Notes under the pieces: generated by a model
Database searches by the model: none
Told to the model about the DNA's origin: nothing
The model's input: the letters and a program-made list of their open reading frames with translations, nothing else
Made by a program: the position numbers and the translations under genes
In this document: one piece after another, positions 59,743-64,000 of the stretch
Position numbering within the stretch: the stretch's first letter is position 1
Layout of the letters: each line of letters starts with the position of its first letter
Assembly: GCA_963666315.2 (NCBI GenBank)
Contig: CAXXHG010000043.1
Span: forward strand, 64,001-128,000
DNA from: Candidatus Binatia bacterium
GTDB taxonomy: Bacteria > Desulfobacterota > Binatia > Bin18
DNA: 64,000 nucleotides
Direction: 5' to 3'

Positions 59743-60138
59743 TTACGCGTCTTGCTCGTTGGGAGACGGTTCCTTTGGATAGACACGCAGACTTTTCCAG
59801 TGGCGCAATAAGACTTTGCCCGGAGGGAAACCACGCGGTTTTGTCACATCTGAGACGCGACAGATATGGACTTCAGCCTTGCCCCGGCTACCGCGGGCCT
59901 TGGAGTACGAGGCAGCCAGCTGGGCAGCATGGCCCCGAACAATAGGCGGCAGGTCAGCGAGCTGATCGGGATTACGCACGACAACATGGCTGCCGGCAAA
60001 ATTGACAACGTGCAGCCAGAAATCTTGAGGGTCAGCAATAGAAAAAGTAAGCGTGTCATTTTCCGCGTCCCCCTTGCCAACCAAGATTTCAAACCCTTCA
60101 AAAGAGAGGATGCGGAATGCCAGGCCTTTGCTTGCCAT
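59743..60138 (-). CDS. Stand-alone NFACT RNA-binding (DUF814) domain protein
   Basis: ILVGK...END.LT....P.DFWLHV....GSHVVV, AA.LAA.YSKA, K......PG.V. Confidence 0.85.
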   Translation of the reverse strand: MASKGLAFRILSFEGFEILVGKGDAENDTLTFSIADPQDFWLHVVNFAGSHVVVRNPDQLADLPPIVRGHAAQLAASYSKARGSRGKAEVHICRVSDVTKPRGFPPGKVLLRHWKSLRVYPKEPSPNEQDA

Positions 60139-60282
60139 GTTTTAGGATTGCGTCTTTTGCATAGTGATATGGTACACAACTTAGACAACGTATGACTGAT
60201 TTACAGTAGTACTGGTTTGGGGCTGACCCGAACAGGGCCATGATGAATAATTGCGGACACACAAAAGAAGGAGGGGCCTTCT

Positions 60283-61125
60283 ATGGCAGCAACACAGACG
60301 TCGGCCGCGGTTGAAATTCAGGTAAAAGAAACCAAGCAAGAGCAAACGGGGTATGGCGAAATGCCGTTCATGCGCTTCATGGTTATAGGCTCAAGCCTTG
60401 GACTGCTTTCTTTACTTCTCATTAGACTGTGGCAAGGCGAGTGGTGGTTCCCGGTTGGCCTTGACGCCACAACACCCGAATTTGCCACCTATTGGCTAGG
60501 CCTGCTGTATATTGAGTGGGTCGTCCTTATCGCTGTCGGCGTGATGGGCTACCTGGCATACCGTAAACCATGCGCGATCTGCGCAGCCCATAAAATAGAG
60601 CTGGGCCGGATTGACCCCGAGCACGAACTCAACCACATTGGCAAGCTGTGGGCCACTGTTGCGGTGGCAGCCATCTTCGGCTTTGGCGTCAGCTATTTTG
60701 CTGAGCAGGACGCCTCCTGGCATCAAATCGTGGTACGAGACACAGCCTTTACCCCCAGCCATATTCCGCTCTTCTTTTATGCCTTTCCGATGTTGCTTGT
60801 CATGACCGCGATCAGCTCCTGGTACGCCTATAACCGCCTGCACCACCTGTATGTGGGTGAGGATGGTAAGGGCATCCCGCTCTCCTACCTGCTGTTTCCA
60901 GCTGGTGGCTGGCTCTTGTTCGCCAATGTTGCTTTTAATGAACTCGGACATTCGAGCTGGATCACTGAGGAACTCTTCGTCCAGCCCTTCCACTTCCCGT
61001 TTGCTTGGGCGACCTATTTCTTTTTCGCCGGATTTGCCCTGCTCTTTAAGACCGTCCCGCATATCTTTGAAAACCTGAAAGCGATGACACAGCAAGAGAC
61101 TCCAACTTCTGTGCATGCCTCGTAA
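60283..61125 (+). CDS. xmoC: Copper membrane monooxygenase subunit C (PmoC/AmoC family)
   Basis: GLD...PEF..YW; EQDASWHQ..VRDT.FTPSH (D143/H147/H160); NELGH..W..EELF..P.H (N219/H223/H237). Confidence 0.93.
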   Translation: MAATQTSAAVEIQVKETKQEQTGYGEMPFMRFMVIGSSLGLLSLLLIRLWQGEWWFPVGLDATTPEFATYWLGLLYIEWVVLIAVGVMGYLAYRKPCAICAAHKIELGRIDPEHELNHIGKLWATVAVAAIFGFGVSYFAEQDASWHQIVVRDTAFTPSHIPLFFYAFPMLLVMTAISSWYAYNRLHHLYVGEDGKGIPLSYLLFPAGGWLLFANVAFNELGHSSWITEELFVQPFHFPFAWATYFFFAGFALLFKTVPHIFENLKAMTQQETPTSVHAS

Positions 61126-61196
61126 AAAGCCTCGCAGCAAGTCTCAATTCGTGTTACCCGCGTTGTCGAAACTCGTCATATAAAGACAGTAGCAGT

Positions 61197-61940
61197 ATGA
61201 AGGCCGAGGAACTCACCGCACTCGGACAGCATCGCTTGGCTAAGGCTTTTGACGTGATACTGCTCCTCGCCCTTATTGGCTTTTTCACCGTCATCCCACA
61301 TGTCAGTCGGATGCTGTATATGGGCGACTGGGATTTTTGGGTCGACTGGAAAGACAAACTGTGGTGGCCGATCGTCGGACCTGCTTCTGCGCTTTTAGTC
61401 ACTACCGTAGGCCATTATCTGGCTTGGTATTATCTGCGTCTCCCTCTTGGCGCGACCTTTGCCGCGGTCTGTGTTTTGATCGGGGCATGGATCAGTCGGA
61501 TCTTCAGCTTCTATGGGCTGGAGTATTATCCGCTGAATTTTGTCTGGCCTGCGACGACTATCCCTATGGCGCTGGCGCTTGATCTTATCCTTTTTTGGTC
61601 ACGCAGTTATTTGGTCACGAGCTTCGTCGGCGGATTTTTGTGGGGCTTCATCTTTTATCCCATCAACTGGCTCATGCTCATGCCTTTTCTCCAGCCCATT
61701 ACACTCTTTGGTAAGACGTTTACGATTGCCGATTTAATGGGCTATTACTTCGTACGCCCGCAAACGCCGGAGTATTTACGGCGGATTGATGAAGGCACCT
61801 TGCAAGCCTTCCTTGGCCAGCGGATATGGATCAGCGTCTTAACGGCTGGTGTGGCTTGCACCATTGTGTACTGGGTCGGTATCGGGATAGGCAAAGCGCT
61901 CGGGGTCATGCCCCTGAATAAAGTGATCCGGCAAACGTAA
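61197..61940 (+). CDS. xmoA: Copper membrane monooxygenase subunit A (PmoA/AmoA family)
   Basis: GDWDFWVDWKD..WW, RLPLGAT, YP.NFV.PA, FYP.NW, R..TPEY.R.I..GTL. Confidence 0.95.
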   Translation: MKAEELTALGQHRLAKAFDVILLLALIGFFTVIPHVSRMLYMGDWDFWVDWKDKLWWPIVGPASALLVTTVGHYLAWYYLRLPLGATFAAVCVLIGAWISRIFSFYGLEYYPLNFVWPATTIPMALALDLILFWSRSYLVTSFVGGFLWGFIFYPINWLMLMPFLQPITLFGKTFTIADLMGYYFVRPQTPEYLRRIDEGTLQAFLGQRIWISVLTAGVACTIVYWVGIGIGKALGVMPLNKVIRQT

Positions 61941-61979
61941 CCTCCTCGCGTCAGACGAATAGCCTTACAGGGAATTTTC

Positions 61980-63324
61980 ATGTCTCGTTGCGGAAAACTG
62001 TGCGCCACGCTCACCCTTGCTCTCTGCCTGTGCACGACGGGGGTTTCACCCCCTGGGGTTTCACGCGTCCAAGCCCATGGCGAGCACAACTTGGAGCCTT
62101 TTATTCGTATGCGTGGGGTGACGTTTTTCAACGTGCAGTTCACCCACGACCAGCTCAAAGTCAATGAGACCATGACCGTGACTGGTAAGTTCCGGCTAAT
62201 GCACGCCTGGCCACGTATGCTCACAACGCCCGAGCTGTCTTGGATCGGTATTCTGGTACCCGGCCCGAAGCTTGCCGTGCGGGAACGCTGGATCAATGGC
62301 CGCTTTATCCAAAACTCATTTCATACCGAGCTGGGAGAAATATACGATTTCAAAATGGTTCTCCAGGCTCGGCAGCCCGGCCGCTATCACATCCATCCGC
62401 TCGTCAACCTGTCTGGTACCGGAGGACTGGTGGGCCCTGCCAAATGGATCACCGTTGTCCCTGGAGACGCCCCACCTTCCTATACCGTAGAGGTTGCGGC
62501 AACGGGCGAGATCATAGACCTAGAACACTTCGGATTCGCTCGACATAGACCTAGAACACTTCGGATTCGCTCGAATAGTTAGCTGGCATCTTGTTTTTGG
62601 TATTCTTGGAATTGCCTGGCTCGGGTATTGGGCGAGAAGACCCATAATCGTACGCTACGCTCTCTTATTAGAAGGCGTTGACGAAGAACAGATCACAGAC
62701 AAGGACCGTCGGGTTTCTTACATTTTCGGCGTAGTCTTGGTCGCTGTGGTTGTTGGCGGGTTGTGGGTAACAAATTCTGGCAGTCCGCCAACCATTCCGC
62801 ACCAAACGGGCGGTATATGGGATCTGTCCGGTCTGCCGCATCCCAATGCTGTGCAGACCAAGGTCAAGGAGTTCCGTTACAGCCCGACTCAGCGCGCCCT
62901 GAGCATACAAGTTGAAGTGACAAACAATTCAGACCAATCCGTATTATTACGAAAATTCAGTACGAGCTATCTGACTTTCATCAACCAGGACAGCCAAGCG
63001 CTGTACCCTGACGCCCAGAATGAGGTTCCTGTTATGAAAGTGGAACCTGAGGGACTCATCCAGCCTGGCGAAACCAAAGCCTTGACGCTGACTATGCAGG
63101 ATGCGGTGTGGGAAACGGATCGGTTCATCGAGTTCGATCAGCCCCAGATCAGCGCCGCCGGCGTACTTGTTTTTACCGACGCCCAGCCTCTTCCAGCAGA
63201 AGAACTTGAGCCCATGATGATGGGCAACAGCCGAGAAGGCTTAGGTGTTCCGTGGGAACATATCTCGAGCGTGAATGAGGTCTATTCCAATCTTCTGGTC
63301 GATTTTGGGCAAGTAGGGCAGTAG
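61980..63324 (+). CDS. xmoB: Copper membrane monooxygenase subunit B (PmoB/AmoB family), frameshifted by a 31-bp tandem duplication; 437 aa when restored
   Basis: Signal peptide, AHGE, EPF.RMR, PGP, GRYHIHP (H33/H137/H139), GP.KWIT, DLE...WH...AW.GYW..RP, second cupredoxin domain VTN..D..V.L.KF.T, I.PGETK. Confidence 0.9.
62513..62574. repeat. Exact 31-bp tandem duplication inside xmoB
   Basis: CATAGACCTAGAACACTTCGGATTCGCTCGA x2 (62513-62543, 62544-62574). Confidence 0.95.
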
Positions 63325-63500
63325 CGACTTTTGCCATCGAGCGCGACCAAAAGAGCACGAGCCGTTTGCTCCTGCGTGCGTGCTCTTGATCTTGAAGCGA
63401 GACCGCTGCCCGGGCAATTCATAATTGCCCCTACACACTGCTCTCACAGCTCCATGGCAACCCTGCCAAAGAATTGGCGATCTTCGAGCGAGCGGTATGC

Positions 63501-64000
63501 TTACACGGGCTCAGCGTCGATGAGGATGCCGGCCAAAAGTGCCGGCTCATCGCTTCGGTTGACCCACGCGTGATTTGTGCCACGCTGCACAACCACGTCA
63601 AAGGGTTCCAGGTCGACCTAACCCTCGTCAAGTAGGAGGGTCACCTTGCCCGACAGCAGAATGATGTAACCAACCGTGTGGGTAGTATGCATGCCTGGAT
63701 GACGGGTCATACCGACGAGCGCGCTCTCAGCGCCAATACTAGCAAACATTTCTCGCGTCCGAGTGGCAAGCGTCTGCGCATCCAGGTCAGCGGTTGCAGA
63801 ATCAGGTGCAAGTTCAAAATACCGAAACAACGATCCGAGCGGCGGGGGTTGGAGCTACACCGGCCGGTCGGCGGCATCGGCATTGCCTTGATTACTCGCC
63901 GGGATCTCTTCCGTGGCCCAAATCTCGGTCACCGGATCGAAAGCCTGGGGTGCATCATCGAACAACACAACCGATTTGCCCTGGGCGTTATGTCCCGTCA
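63501..64000 (-). pseudogene. Cupin domain protein with two in-frame TAG stops (63855, 63618); 5' end outside window
   Basis: VTGHNAQGKSVV, MHTTHTV.Y...LSG...L.LD, DVVVQRGTNHAW.N in one frame. Confidence 0.8.

Noticed and set aside
62513-62574. 31-bp repeat as a CRISPR array
   Set aside because: Two directly abutting copies with no spacer, inside a coding gene, and no cas genes
60283-63324. Calling the organism a methanotroph or ammonia oxidiser (pmoCAB/amoCAB)
   Set aside because: Motifs are divergent and no methanol dehydrogenase or hao is in the window; substrate cannot be assigned from sequence, so neutral xmo names are used
12466-63857. Genome-wide reassignment of TAG to an amino acid
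   Set aside because: Many intact genes end in TAG at their expected C-termini (e.g. CoA-transferase 6957, HU 15610, ptsP 16349, xmoB 63324)

Overview
Bacterial chromosomal window with moderate-high GC, rich in catabolic and redox genes: LLM/F420-type oxidoreductases, CoA-transferases, enoyl-CoA hydratases and Rieske oxygenases. The gene mix resembles Binatia/Deltaproteobacteria-like MAGs, but that taxonomy is inference only. Highlight 1: a divergent copper membrane monooxygenase operon (xmoCAB, pMMO/AMO family; 60283-63324). All canonical Cu ligands are intact, there are unusual Cys/Met/His insertions, and xmoB is split by an exact 31-bp tandem duplication. Highlight 2: a six-gene aniline-dioxygenase-like operon (CocE/NonD hydrolase, NAD-dependent epimerase, TdnQ-like GS, Rieske alpha and beta, glutamine amidotransferase; 35910-43038) with no reductase, plus a catechol 2,3-dioxygenase about 6 kb away. 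Highlight 3: an fhs-LLM-Rieske-small protein operon. Highlight 4: sigma28-type promoters in front of c-di-GMP/motility-related genes (PilZ, MshEN-like PilB/GspE, HDOD, flagellar rod-like). Highlight 5: a MITE-like element abutting a FimB-like recombinase, and a vapBC module. Many genes carry single-base frameshifts, in-frame TAG stops or chimeric junctions, so either the genome is decaying or the assembly has errors. No rRNA, tRNA or CRISPR array was recognised.
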